A DNA stretch of 64,000 bases from an uncultured Actinomycetes bacterium. GTDB taxonomy: Bacteria > Actinomycetota > Thermoleophilia > Solirubrobacterales > 70-9. A program made the position numbers and the translations under genes. Every line of letters starts with the position of its first letter. Positions within the stretch are counted from its first letter, which is position 1. The notes below the pieces were generated by a model. That model searched no databases, was not told where the DNA came from, and was given only the letters and a program-made list of their open reading frames with translations. Location: positions 100,592-164,591 of the forward strand of contig CAVWCG010000003.1 in assembly GCA_963753445.1 (NCBI GenBank), in the 5' to 3' direction. This document shows positions 44,094-54,059 of this stretch, in pieces.

Positions 44094-44968
44094 GCCCGCC
44101 CGCCTTCCTCGGCCCGGTCTTCGCATCCGGGTTCTTCGAGAACGAAGCGGTGCACGTCGCCCTGGCGATCGGCGCCGCGGTGGCGATCGTGACCGGTGTG
44201 GTCGGCGTCTTCACGGTGATGCGGGGGCAGTCGTTCGCCGGTGAGGCGCTCGGCGATATCGGCACCACCGGCGGGTCCGCCGCTGCCCTGGTGGGAGTCG
44301 GACCGCTCGCCGGCTTCGTCGCGATCGACGTCCTCGCCGCCGCGGCGATGGAGCTGGTCGGGGTGCAGCGGGTGCGTGGCCGTGACCTGGCGACCGGGGT
44401 CGTGCTCGGCGCCGGGATCGGCCTCGCCGCTCTCTTTCTCTACCTGGACACCACGCAGGGCGCCGACGGAGGCTCCACCGTGACGATCCTCTTCGGCTCG
44501 ATCTTCGCGATCTCGAGCACGACGATCCCGGCCGTGGTCATCCTCGCAGCGCTCGCCGTGGCGCTGATCGTCGCGCTCTACCGACCGTTGCTGCTGAGCA
44601 CCGTCAGCCCCGAGATGGCCGCGGCGCGGGGAATCCCGGTGCGTCTGGTCGGTGCCCTCTACCTTCTGGCCCTGGCACTGGCGACGGCACTCGCCGCGAT
44701 CACGATAGGGACGATCCTCAGCACCGCGCTGCTGATCGGGCCCGCCGCCGCCGCGCTGCGCCTGACCCGGAGACCGCTGCGGGCGATGCTGGTCGCGATG
44801 GCGATCGGCATCGCCGCCACCTGGGTCGGCATCGTGCTCGCCTACGACAGCTATCACTGGCCCCCGCAGGGGCACGGCTGGCCGGTCAGCTTCTTCGTCG
44901 TCGCCTTGGTCTTCGTCCTCTACCTGCTCAGTGGACTGGTCGAGTGGCACCGGGAGCGGCGGGCCTGA
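44090..44968 (+). CDS. metal ABC transporter permease 1
   Basis: ORF 44090..44968 has a GTGA overlap. It is polytopic, of the ZnuB/TroC type. Confidence 0.85.
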   Translation: MSPPAFLGPVFASGFFENEAVHVALAIGAAVAIVTGVVGVFTVMRGQSFAGEALGDIGTTGGSAAALVGVGPLAGFVAIDVLAAAAMELVGVQRVRGRDLATGVVLGAGIGLAALFLYLDTTQGADGGSTVTILFGSIFAISSTTIPAVVILAALAVALIVALYRPLLLSTVSPEMAAARGIPVRLVGALYLLALALATALAAITIGTILSTALLIGPAAAALRLTRRPLRAMLVAMAIGIAATWVGIVLAYDSYHWPPQGHGWPVSFFVVALVFVLYLLSGLVEWHRERRA

Positions 44969-45780
44969 TGTTCAGCGGCTTCATGGTCAATGCCTGGACC
45001 GTCTCCGGCATCGTCGCCGTGGTCGCCGGCGTGGTCGGCTTCTTCACCGTCATGCGCGGCTCGGCGTTCGCCGCCCACGCGATCCCGAACGGCTCCTTCG
45101 CCGGCGCCGCCGGCGCCAGCCTGATCGGCGTCAGCACCCTGTTAGGGCTCGGTGTCTTCGCCTTCATCGGGGCGCTCGGGATCGGTCTGCTCGGCAGACG
45201 CGGTCGCCACGATGCGGTCACCGCGCTGATGCTGGTGATGATGCTGGCGCTGGGCTCCCTCTTCGTCAGCCTCAGCAGCCAGTACGCGCCCGAGGTCTAC
45301 TCGCTGCTGTTCGGCGAGGTGCTGGGAATCAGCTCCAACTCGGTTGCGCCGACGTTGATCCTCGGCCTTCTCTGCATCGCCGCGATCGCCGCGCTCTACC
45401 GGCCGCTGATGCTCTCCTCGGCGCTGCCGGAGATCGGTGAGGCGCGGGGAATCGGCACGTTCGCGATCGAGCTCGCCTTCCTCGGCGTCCTCGCGCTCGC
45501 CACCGCGATGACCGTCCCGGTGGTCGGCACCCTGCTGATCTTCAGCCTGATGATCGGAGCGCCCGCCGCCGCCCGCTCCTTGACCGACCGCCCTGGCGTG
45601 GCGATGGGTCTCTCGGTCGTGATCGCCTTGGCGATCGTCTGGTTCGCGATCGCCGCTTCCTACGAAACGGATTACCCGGTCGGGTTCTTCGTGGGCACCG
45701 GCGCCGCTGCCTCCTACGTGCTGGCGCGCCTCTGGCAGGCCGGCCGCGCGCGGTACGCGGGTCGGCGGGTTCTAGGATGA
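44968..45780 (+). CDS. metal ABC transporter permease 2
   Basis: ORF 44944..45780, with the start at ATG 44968 (ATGA overlap), beginning MFSGFMVNAWTVSGIV. It is paralogous to permease 1. Confidence 0.85.
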   Translation: MFSGFMVNAWTVSGIVAVVAGVVGFFTVMRGSAFAAHAIPNGSFAGAAGASLIGVSTLLGLGVFAFIGALGIGLLGRRGRHDAVTALMLVMMLALGSLFVSLSSQYAPEVYSLLFGEVLGISSNSVAPTLILGLLCIAAIAALYRPLMLSSALPEIGEARGIGTFAIELAFLGVLALATAMTVPVVGTLLIFSLMIGAPAAARSLTDRPGVAMGLSVVIALAIVWFAIAASYETDYPVGFFVGTGAAASYVLARLWQAGRARYAGRRVLG

Positions 45781-46232
45781 GTGGCGTGAAGACGGTCGCT
45801 CGCGAAAGCTGGAAGGAGCGCGCGCTGGCGTCCCTGCAGCGGGCCGGTTACCGGCGCGGCGGTGCCCGCACCGCCGTGATCGAGGCGCTCGCCGAGCACG
45901 ACTGCGCGGTCACCGCGCTCGACCTCGAGGACGAGCTGCGCGGGGGCGAGGCCGAGGTCGGGCGGGCCAGCGTCTACCGCGCCCTCGAGCAGCTCGAGCA
46001 GCTCGGTCTCGTGCAGCGGATCGAGGTCTGCCGCGGCACCGCCGGCTACGAGCGCGTCGACCCCACCGGCCACCACCATCACCACGCGATCTGCCGCGAC
46101 TGCGGCCGCATGGTCCCGTTCGAGGACCCGACCCTGGAGCGCGCTCTCGACAAAGTGGCCGGGACGATGAGCTTCGACGTCACCGAGCACGACGTCGTCT
46201 TGCGCGGTCTGTGCGATCGCTGCGCCGACTGA
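45777..46232 (+). CDS. Fur-family metalloregulator (Zur-like)
   Basis: ORF 45777..46232 has an ATGA overlap. It contains HHHHAICRDCGRMVPFEDP...LRGLCDRC (CxxC pairs) and is the last gene of the metal ABC operon. Confidence 0.85.
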   Translation: MSGVKTVARESWKERALASLQRAGYRRGGARTAVIEALAEHDCAVTALDLEDELRGGEAEVGRASVYRALEQLEQLGLVQRIEVCRGTAGYERVDPTGHHHHHAICRDCGRMVPFEDPTLERALDKVAGTMSFDVTEHDVVLRGLCDRCAD

Positions 46233-46257
46233 GCGATCTGGCTATCATCCCCGGGCC

Positions 46258-46283
46258 GCGTGGGCGATGCCCCGCGCTTTTTT
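46258..46283 (+). terminator. hairpin plus T6, 16 nt upstream of rplM
   Basis: The stem gcgtggg / ccccgcg(c) is about 7 bp including one G-T pair. It is followed by TTTTTT. It lies after the zur-like gene and just before rplM. Confidence 0.5.
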
Positions 46284-46298
46284 ATGACCGATAGCGCG

Positions 46299-46733
46299 AT
46301 GAAGACCTTTGTGGCCAATGCCGAGAACCGCCAGCGGGACTGGTACGTCGTCGATGCCGAGGGGCAGACCCTGGGCCGGCTGGCGACCCAGATCGCCGAC
46401 GCGCTGCGGGGCAAGCGCAAGCCGACCTACACGCCGCACGTCGACACCGGCGACTTCGTCGTCGTCGTCAACGCGGAGAAAATTCACGTGACCGGCGACA
46501 AGCTGGCGCAGAAGACCTACTGGCGCCACAGCGGCTACCCGGGCGGGATCAAGTCGCGCAGCCTCGCCGAGATGCTCGACCGGCGCCCCGAGGAAGTCAT
46601 CCGCAAGGCCGTGAAGGGGATGCTGCCGCGCAACCGGCTCGCCCGCCAGCAGCTGACCAAGCTGAAGGTGTACGCCGGCCCCGAGCACCCGCACGCCGCC
46701 CAGCAGCCGAAACCGATGGAGATCCAGCGATAG
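46299..46733 (+). CDS. rplM: 50S ribosomal protein L13
   Basis: ORF 46260..46733, with the start at ATG 46299 ([29 protein letters not shown]). Confidence 0.93.
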   Translation: MKTFVANAENRQRDWYVVDAEGQTLGRLATQIADALRGKRKPTYTPHVDTGDFVVVVNAEKIHVTGDKLAQKTYWRHSGYPGGIKSRSLAEMLDRRPEEVIRKAVKGMLPRNRLARQQLTKLKVYAGPEHPHAAQQPKPMEIQR

Positions 46734-47558
46734 ATGTCTGACGAGACGAACGAGACTTCAGAGCAGCAGCCCGTAGACGAGGCGACCGAGGGTCAGGACG
46801 CCGCGACCGCGGGTCCTGTCGCCGATGAGGCCGTAGAGGCTCCGGCCGCCTCGACCGAGGAGGAGGAGCCCGCCGAGGAGGCTCCCGCCGAGGAGGAGCG
46901 CGCTCCCGCTGGCGAGGCCGAGGAGCCCGCCGCCGAGGAGGCCCCGGCGCCGCCGCAGCGCGAGGCGCCCCGGAAAGAAGAGAAAAAAGACGTCATCCCC
47001 GGCGCCGACCTGGAGCCGATCGCGGTCGAGCCCGACGGCCCCGAGCTGTCGGCCGAGGAGCGCGCCCGCCTCGAAGCCGAGGAAGAGGAGAAACGGAATC
47101 GCGAGGCCGCCCTCGCCGCCGCCGAAACCGACTCCGAGCTCGCCGAGCGCGCCCCGGCGAAAATGGAGAAAGGCTCCCGCTTCCTCGCCACCGGCAAGCG
47201 CAAGAACGCGATCGCCCGCGTCACCCTGCTGCCCGGCGACGGCAAGTTCGTGGTCAACAACCGCGACCTCGAGGAGTTCTTCCCGCGCCCCCTGCACCAG
47301 ACGATGGCGCGCCAGCCGCTCACCGTCTCCGGTTACGAGGGCAACGTCGACGTCCGCGTCCGCGTCCACGGCGGCGGCGTCTCCGGCCAGGCCGGGGCGG
47401 TTCGCCACGGCATCGCCAAGGCCCTGACCGAGATCGACGCCGAGCTGCGTGGCGACCTGAAGCGCCGCGGCTTCCTCACCCGTGACGCCCGGGTCAAGGA
47501 GCGTCGCAAGGCCGGGTTCAAGAAGGCCCGCAAGAAGCCGCAGTTCAGCAAGCGCTGA
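46734..47558 (+). CDS. rpsI: 30S ribosomal protein S9 with 143-aa acidic N-terminal extension
   Basis: ORF 46734..47558, with its ATG immediately after the rplM TAG. The canonical S9 core starts at MEKGSRFLATGKRKNAIARV (47163) and ends ...KKPQFSKR. The upstream 429 nt are in frame and GC3-rich. Confidence 0.85.
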   Translation: MSDETNETSEQQPVDEATEGQDAATAGPVADEAVEAPAASTEEEEPAEEAPAEEERAPAGEAEEPAAEEAPAPPQREAPRKEEKKDVIPGADLEPIAVEPDGPELSAEERARLEAEEEEKRNREAALAAAETDSELAERAPAKMEKGSRFLATGKRKNAIARVTLLPGDGKFVVNNRDLEEFFPRPLHQTMARQPLTVSGYEGNVDVRVRVHGGGVSGQAGAVRHGIAKALTEIDAELRGDLKRRGFLTRDARVKERRKAGFKKARKKPQFSKR

Positions 47559-47597
47559 TCACCTCGCCTCCGCACTTTCCGCATTAGGCTCTGCCGG

Positions 47598-48947
47598 GTG
47601 GCAAACGCCAGCAGCAGGAAGCTGTTCGGGACCGATGGTGTCCGCGGCGAGGTGGGCACCTTCCTCACCGCCGAGCTGGCGACGGCGCTCGGCCGCGCCG
47701 CGACCGCGTCGCTCGAGGTCGAGCGCCCCCAGGTCCTGATCGTCCGCGACACCCGCGAGTCGGGCCCGATGCTGGAGGCGGCGCTGGCCGCCGGGATCGC
47801 CGCGGCGGGCGGCGACGCGCTGCTCGGCGGCGTCCTGCCGACCCCGGCGGCGGCGATCCTCGTCCGCCGCCTCGGCCTCGACCTGGCCGCCGTCGTCTCC
47901 GCCTCCCACAACCCCTACCGCGACAACGGGATCAAGTTCTTCTCCGCCGCCGGCACCAAGCTCCCCGACGAGGTCGAGGCGCGGATCGAGGCGCTGATGG
48001 AGGGTGGGGGGCGGGTCCTGACGGCGGGCGAGGGCCCGCCGCCCGCCGCCGCGCCGGGCCGGATCGACGAGCTGAACGGCGGCGAGGACGACTACATCCG
48101 CGAGCTCGCCGCCGCCTTCCAGATCGACCTCTCCGGCCGCAAGGTCGCGCTCGACTGCGCCAACGGCTCGACCTACCGGGTCGCGCCCCACATCTTCGAA
48201 CAGCTCGGGGCGACGGTCGAGACGATCGGCGTCGACCCCGACGGCCAGAACATCAACGCCGGCGTCGGCTCGACCCACGTCGAGGCGCTGGCCGAGCGGG
48301 TCGCCGCCTCCGACGCCGAAATAGGCTTCGCCTTCGACGGCGACGGCGACCGGGTGCTGGCGGTCGACGCCGCCGGCCGCATCCACGACGGCGACGAGCT
48401 GATCGCCCTCGCCGCCCGCGGCCTCGCCGCCCGCGGCGAGCTCGGCGGCGGCGTCGTCGTCACCGTGATGACCAACTACGGCTTCCACACGGCGATGGAG
48501 GCGGCCGGGATCGACGTCGCCGTCACCCAGGTCGGCGACCGCTACGTGATCGACGAGATGCTGCGCCGCGAGTGGAAGCTCGGCGGCGAGCAGTCGGGCC
48601 ACATCATCGCCTCCGACATCGTCTCGACCGGCGACGGGATCGCCGCGGCGCTCCTGACGATGCGCGAGCTCGCCGGCTCGGCGCTCGCCGACGCCCCCGC
48701 GATGGACAAGCTGCCGCAGCGACTCGTCAACGTCAGGGTCGCCGACCGCGAGAGCCTGACCGGCGCGGTCGCCGTCTGGGACGCGGTGGCGAAGGAGAGC
48801 ACCGCGCTCGAGGGACGCGGCCGCGTCCTCCTGCGCCCCTCCGGCACCGAGCCGCTGGTCCGCGTGATGGTCGAGGCTCCCGTCGCCGACGAGGCCGACG
48901 CGGTCTGCGACCGGCTGGTGTCGCTGGTGCGCGAAGAGCTCGGCTGA
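47598..48947 (+). CDS. glmM: phosphoglucosamine mutase
   Basis: ORF 47598..48947, 449 aa, with active-site context SASHNPYRDNGIKFF. Confidence 0.93.
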   Translation: MANASSRKLFGTDGVRGEVGTFLTAELATALGRAATASLEVERPQVLIVRDTRESGPMLEAALAAGIAAAGGDALLGGVLPTPAAAILVRRLGLDLAAVVSASHNPYRDNGIKFFSAAGTKLPDEVEARIEALMEGGGRVLTAGEGPPPAAAPGRIDELNGGEDDYIRELAAAFQIDLSGRKVALDCANGSTYRVAPHIFEQLGATVETIGVDPDGQNINAGVGSTHVEALAERVAASDAEIGFAFDGDGDRVLAVDAAGRIHDGDELIALAARGLAARGELGGGVVVTVMTNYGFHTAMEAAGIDVAVTQVGDRYVIDEMLRREWKLGGEQSGHIIASDIVSTGDGIAAALLTMRELAGSALADAPAMDKLPQRLVNVRVADRESLTGAVAVWDAVAKESTALEGRGRVLLRPSGTEPLVRVMVEAPVADEADAVCDRLVSLVREELG

Positions 48948-49012
48948 GCGCTGCCGCGGCTCAAGATCTCGTCCCCCCGGGCCGGGACACCCTCTAACCT
49001 CTCTTCCCCTTT

Positions 49013-50869
49013 ATGTGCGGCATCGTCGGATACGTGGGCGGCAGGCCTTGCGAAGAGCTTCTCCTCCAAGGCCTTGAAAAGCTCGAATACCGTGGCTATG
49101 ACTCGGCCGGCATCAGCCTGCTCGAGGACGAGGGCGAGGTCGAGTCGGTCCACGCGGTCGGCAACCTCGCCAACCTGCGCGCCGCGGTCGAGCGCGTCGC
49201 GGCGGGCAACGGCAACGGCGCCTTGGCTCCGGCCGAGACCGGCATCGCCCACACGCGCTGGGCCACCCACGGCCGCGTCACCGAGGAGAACGCCCACCCT
49301 CACGACGACAGCTCGGGCAAGGTCCACATCGTCCTCAACGGGATCGTCGAGAACCACGCCGAGCTGCGCAGGCGCCTGCTCGCCGAAGGCGAGGACTTCA
49401 CCTCGGAGACCGACGCCGAGGTGGTCGCCCACCTGATCGCCCACCACTACGACGGCGACCTCGCCGCCGCCACCCGCGACGCCTACGCGGAGCTGCGCGG
49501 CCACTACGCCTTCGTCGCCATGCACGCCGACGAGCCGAACCGCCTGCTCGGCGCGCGCAAGGAGTGCCCGCTGGTCGCCGGGGTCGGCGACGGCGAGACC
49601 TTCCTCGCCTCGGCGATCCCCGCCTTCCTCGCCGACACCCGCGTCGCGGTGCCGATCGAAAACGGCGAGATCGTCGAAATCGAAGCCGACGGGGTGCGGA
49701 TCACCGACACCGAGGGCAACCCGATCGAGCGCGCCGCCGAAGAGGTGACCTGGGACTCCGAGGCCGCCGAGAAGGGCGGCTACGAGAGCTTCATGCTGAA
49801 GGAGATCCACGAACAGGCCGACGCGGTCGCCGAGACGATCACCGACCGCCTGCCCGAGGTCGATGGGGTCGATCTCTCCGACGTCGATCTCTCCGACGAG
49901 TACCTGCGCGACGTCGGCCGGATCGTGATCGTCGCCTGCGGGACCAGCTACCACGCCGGCCTGATCGGCCGCTACGCGATCGAGGAATGGGCGCGTGTCC
50001 CGGTCGAAATGGACATCGCCTCCGAGTACCGCTACCGCAACCCGGTGGTCGGGCCGGGCGACCTCGTGATCGGCATCACCCAGTCGGGCGAGACCGCGGA
50101 CACCCTGGCCGCGATGCGCCTCGCCCACGAGGCGGGCGCCAAGGTGCTGGCGGTCACCAACATCATGGGCAGCCAGGCGACCCGCGACGCCGACGCCGTC
50201 CTCTACACCCGCGCCGGCCTCGAGATCGGCGTCGCCGCGACCAAGACCTTCCTCGCCCAGGTCGCGGCGATGTACCTGCTCGGGCTACGCATCGCCGAGC
50301 TGCGCGGGACCCTGCCGCCGGCCCGGATCGAAGAGCTGGTCGCCGAACTGAAGGCGCTGCCGCTGAAGATCGACGAGACCCTGGAGGCGGTCGAGGCGCC
50401 GGTCCGCGCCGTCGCCGAAAAACACGCCCGGCGCGAGTTCTTCCTCTATCTGGGGCGCCACATCGGTCTGCCGGTCTGCCTGGAGGGGGCGCTGAAGCTG
50501 AAGGAGATCTCCTATATCCCGACCGACGCCTACGCCGCGGGGGAGATGAAGCACGGGCCGATCGCGCTGCTCGACGAGTCGACGCCGGTCGTCTGCATCG
50601 CCACCGACAGCCCGGTGCTGGAGAAGGTGCTCTCCAACGTCGAAGAGGTGCGGGCGCGCGGCGCCGAGACGATCGCGATCGCGACGGTCGGTTCCACTCG
50701 TCCCGGCGAGGTCGCCGACGTGACGATCGAGGTCGCCGCCGGCGACTGGATCCTGCAGCCGATCCTCGCCGTGCTGCCGCTGCAGCTGCTCGCCTACGAC
50801 ATCGCCAAGGCGCGCGGGCTGAACGTCGACCAACCGCGTAACCTGGCGAAGACGGTGACGGTCGAGTGA
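49013..50869 (+). CDS. glmS: glutamine-fructose-6-phosphate aminotransferase
   Basis: ORF 49013..50869, 618 aa, beginning MCGIVGYVG and ending ...LAKTVTVE. Confidence 0.95.
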   Translation: MCGIVGYVGGRPCEELLLQGLEKLEYRGYDSAGISLLEDEGEVESVHAVGNLANLRAAVERVAAGNGNGALAPAETGIAHTRWATHGRVTEENAHPHDDSSGKVHIVLNGIVENHAELRRRLLAEGEDFTSETDAEVVAHLIAHHYDGDLAAATRDAYAELRGHYAFVAMHADEPNRLLGARKECPLVAGVGDGETFLASAIPAFLADTRVAVPIENGEIVEIEADGVRITDTEGNPIERAAEEVTWDSEAAEKGGYESFMLKEIHEQADAVAETITDRLPEVDGVDLSDVDLSDEYLRDVGRIVIVACGTSYHAGLIGRYAIEEWARVPVEMDIASEYRYRNPVVGPGDLVIGITQSGETADTLAAMRLAHEAGAKVLAVTNIMGSQATRDADAVLYTRAGLEIGVAATKTFLAQVAAMYLLGLRIAELRGTLPPARIEELVAELKALPLKIDETLEAVEAPVRAVAEKHARREFFLYLGRHIGLPVCLEGALKLKEISYIPTDAYAAGEMKHGPIALLDESTPVVCIATDSPVLEKVLSNVEEVRARGAETIAIATVGSTRPGEVADVTIEVAAGDWILQPILAVLPLQLLAYDIAKARGLNVDQPRNLAKTVTVE

Positions 50870-52431
50870 AGCCCTGCGCATTTCTCGCGGCCACGCTGGC
50901 CGCGGCGTTCGTCATCGCCGGCTGCGGCGGCGGCTCCAGCAGCGGTGGCGGCGGCGATCCGGCGAGCCTCGCCCCGGAAAAGGCCCCGGTCTATCTGGAA
51001 GTCGACCTGGGCGCCGAAGGCAAGTCGAGCGAAGAATTCAACGAACTCGCGCAGAACGTGCTCGGGATCGACAACGTCGGCGAATACATCGCCGAAGAAC
51101 TCGAAAACTCCGTGCTCGCCGAAGGCCAGAAGCTGAACTTCGAAGAAGAAGTCGAACCGTGGCTGGGCGAAAAGGCCGGCCTCTACCTGGAGGAATACGA
51201 CGGCAGCAACTTCAGCGGCGGCGGGTTCGCGCTCGAAACGAGTGACGCTGGCGAAGCCGAAGAATTTCTCGAACATCGCGTCGAAGGCGTCGAAGACGGC
51301 GAAGAAGTCGAAGAAGGCGAATTCGAAGGCGACCGCTACTGGGTCAGCCCCAAGGACGAATCGGTCCTCGGCGTGATCGGTGAATTCCTCGCCTACGGCG
51401 AAAAGCTGCCCGATTTCGAAGCAATGGTGAAGACCTCCGAAGAAGGCGACGGCTTGAGCGAATCGGCGAAGTTCAAGCAGGCGACCGCGGCTGCCCGGAG
51501 CGAAGGGCTCGGCAGCGTCTACGTCGACATCGGCGGTCTGATCGAAGAGGCGAGAGGCACGATCGATGCCGAAACCGAAGCCGGCTTCGCGCTGCTGGGG
51601 ATCGAACCGCGCAACGCGACCGCGTTCGCCACGGTGGTGCCGCACTCCGAACAGATCGAGATCGACCTCACGACCAACGTGACCAAGGCGACGGTGCCGG
51701 GCGGCGACGCCTCGGCGCTGCTCGAAGGCCTGCCCGCGACCGCGGTGCTCGGCTTCGCCTCGCCGGAATTCGGCAAGACCTTCGGCGAAGGCGTCCACGA
51801 ATTCAGCGAACAGGGCGTGCCGGGTCAGCTCGAACCGGGCGAACTCGAAGCCGCGTTCGAATCGCTCGGGATCAGCTTCAAATCGCTCGCCGCGTCGATC
51901 GGCGACGTCGCCGGCTTCGTCGAAGGGTCAAGCATGGGGAGCCTCGGCGGCGCGGTCGAGATCGAGACGAGCAACGCGACCGAAGCGAAGAACACGGTCG
52001 CCAACATCGGCCTGCTGCTGCGGGCGAGCGGGACCAAGGGCGTCACCGCGATCAACGGCGACTTCAGCGGTTTCTCGGTCCACTCGGCAAGCCTCGGCTC
52101 GAAGCCGGTGATCGTCGGCGCCGCCGGCGAAAAGATCGTGATCGCCTACGGGCCGAAGGCGGCGGCGCAGGCGCTGCGCAGCCAGGCGAAGACGCTGGGC
52201 TCGACCGCCGCGTACGAAGCGGCGAAGAGCGCCCTCGGCTCGACGCCGATGAGCGCGTTCGTCGCCGGGGGCCCGGCGCTGAAGCTGGTCGACGCGCTGC
52301 TCTCGCCGGCGGAATCGGCCGAATTCGCCGCGGCCAAGCCCTACCTGCGGAAGATCACCTACGTCGGGATCGGCTCCGAAGTCAAGGGCGCCGCCACCAC
52401 CGCGAAGGTGATCGTCGGCCTCTCGAAGTAG
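50866..52431 (+). CDS. large acidic lipoprotein, unknown function (possibly DUF3352-like)
   Basis: ORF 50866..52431 has a GTGA overlap with glmS and the lipobox VIAGC. It is E/G-rich with marked GAA codon use. The family assignment is from memory only. Confidence 0.72.
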   Translation: MKPCAFLAATLAAAFVIAGCGGGSSSGGGGDPASLAPEKAPVYLEVDLGAEGKSSEEFNELAQNVLGIDNVGEYIAEELENSVLAEGQKLNFEEEVEPWLGEKAGLYLEEYDGSNFSGGGFALETSDAGEAEEFLEHRVEGVEDGEEVEEGEFEGDRYWVSPKDESVLGVIGEFLAYGEKLPDFEAMVKTSEEGDGLSESAKFKQATAAARSEGLGSVYVDIGGLIEEARGTIDAETEAGFALLGIEPRNATAFATVVPHSEQIEIDLTTNVTKATVPGGDASALLEGLPATAVLGFASPEFGKTFGEGVHEFSEQGVPGQLEPGELEAAFESLGISFKSLAASIGDVAGFVEGSSMGSLGGAVEIETSNATEAKNTVANIGLLLRASGTKGVTAINGDFSGFSVHSASLGSKPVIVGAAGEKIVIAYGPKAAAQALRSQAKTLGSTAAYEAAKSALGSTPMSAFVAGGPALKLVDALLSPAESAEFAAAKPYLRKITYVGIGSEVKGAATTAKVIVGLSK

Positions 52432-52450
52432 GCCCTCGCCGGGGGCTAGT

Positions 52451-54046
52451 GTGGTGCCGATGGAAGCTTGGCTGAGAGGTCTCTACGACGCCGAGGGGAT
52501 GCGGGCCCTCGATCGCTGGGCGATCGAGGGCCAGGGCGTCGACTCGCTCGAGCTGATGGAGGCCGCCGGCCGGGCGGTCGCCGAGGAGGTGGCGCGGCTG
52601 GCGCCGCAGGGCCCCGTGCGGGTCGTCTGCGGCAAGGGCAACAACGGCGGCGACGGGCTGGTCGCGGCGCGGCTGCTGCGCGAGATGGGCTTCGAGGCCG
52701 AGGCGCTGCTGCTCTGGCCCGCGGATGAGCTGAGCGATGACGCGACGGCGAACCTGGCACGGCTCGCGGCCGCCGCCGAGGGCGTTCGCAGTTCTCCTCG
52801 CTATCCGACGATTTCTGCGAACGCGGCGGTCGAGGTCGGCGACGACATCGCCGCCCGGCTCGCCGGCTCCGGCGCCGTCGTCGACGCGATCTTCGGCACC
52901 GGCTTCGCCGGCGCGCCGCGCGAGCCCGCCGCCGCGGCGATCGCGGCGATCGCATCGGCCAAGAAGGGTGGCGCCGCCGTGGTCGCCTGCGACGTCGCCT
53001 CCGGGGTCGATGCCGCCAGCGGCGAAGTCGCCGGCGCGGTGGTCGAGGCCGACGTCACCGTCACCTTTCACGGCGCCAAGGTCGGCCAGTACGTCGCTCC
53101 CGGCAAGTGGGCGACCGGCGAGCCGGTGGTGGCGCCGATCGGCATCCCGGCGGGCGCGCCCGAGCCCGCCGCGGCCGGGGTGATCGAACCGGCGGTGCTC
53201 GAGCTGGCGCCGCGCCGCGGCGCCCAGTCGACCAAGTTCAGCTCCGGGCAGGTGACGATCGCGGGCGGCTCGCGCGGCCTCACCGGGGCGGTGCGGATGT
53301 CCTCGACCGCGGCGATCCGGGCAGGCGCCGGGTACGCGACCGTCGCCGTCCCCGCCGACCTCGAGCAGGTCTTCGAAGCGGCCGAGGTCGAGGTGATGTC
53401 GCGCGGCATCGCCGGTCCGGCGGGGCGCCTCGGGACCGAGGGCGCCGATGACGTCCTCGCCGCCTTCGGGCGCGCCGCCGGCGGGGTGCTCGGCCCCGGG
53501 CTCGGCCGCGACGACGATTCGCTGGCGCTCGCCCGTGAGGTCGCCCCTCGGGTCGAGGCGCCGCTGGTGATCGACGCCGATGGCCTGAACGCCTTCGCCG
53601 GCCAGCTCGACCGCCTCGCGGCCCGCGCCGCGCCGACGATCCTCACCCCGCACGCGGGGGAGCTCGGCCGCCTGCTCGAGCGCGATTCGGCCGAGATCGG
53701 CGAACGCCGTCTCGCCGCCGCCCAGGAGGCCGCCGCCTGGAGCGGCGCCGTCGTCGTCCTCAAGGGCGACGACACGATCGTCACCGACGGCGAGCGGGTC
53801 GCGGTCAACGCGGTCGCCGCGCCCGGCCTGGCGACGGCGGGGAGCGGCGACGTCCTCTCCGGGCTGACCGCGGCGCTGCTCGCCCGCGGCCTCGAGCCCT
53901 TCACCGCCGCCTGCGCCGCGGTGATCGCCCACGCCCGCGCCGGACAGGAGGCCGCGCGCCGCGTCGGCGCCGCCGAGTCGGTGATCGCGACCGACGTGAT
54001 CGCGGCGATCCCGGCGGGCCTGCGCGCCGGCGGGCCGGTCGAATAA
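52451..54046 (+). CDS. nnr: bifunctional NAD(P)H-hydrate repair enzyme (epimerase + ADP-dependent dehydratase)
   Basis: ORF 52451..54046 has a YjeF-N part (GKGNNGGDGLVAARLL) and a carbohydrate-kinase part (VLKGDDTIV...GSGDVLSG). Confidence 0.88.
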   Translation: MVPMEAWLRGLYDAEGMRALDRWAIEGQGVDSLELMEAAGRAVAEEVARLAPQGPVRVVCGKGNNGGDGLVAARLLREMGFEAEALLLWPADELSDDATANLARLAAAAEGVRSSPRYPTISANAAVEVGDDIAARLAGSGAVVDAIFGTGFAGAPREPAAAAIAAIASAKKGGAAVVACDVASGVDAASGEVAGAVVEADVTVTFHGAKVGQYVAPGKWATGEPVVAPIGIPAGAPEPAAAGVIEPAVLELAPRRGAQSTKFSSGQVTIAGGSRGLTGAVRMSSTAAIRAGAGYATVAVPADLEQVFEAAEVEVMSRGIAGPAGRLGTEGADDVLAAFGRAAGGVLGPGLGRDDDSLALAREVAPRVEAPLVIDADGLNAFAGQLDRLAARAAPTILTPHAGELGRLLERDSAEIGERRLAAAQEAAAWSGAVVVLKGDDTIVTDGERVAVNAVAAPGLATAGSGDVLSGLTAALLARGLEPFTAACAAVIAHARAGQEAARRVGAAESVIATDVIAAIPAGLRAGGPVE

Positions 54047-54059
54047 CCTCGCCCGACCG

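Noticed and set aside
48948-49012. A glmS ribozyme upstream of glmS.
   Set aside because: The spacer is only 65 nt and shows nothing like the ribozyme core that I can recognise. The ribozyme is also not expected in this lineage.
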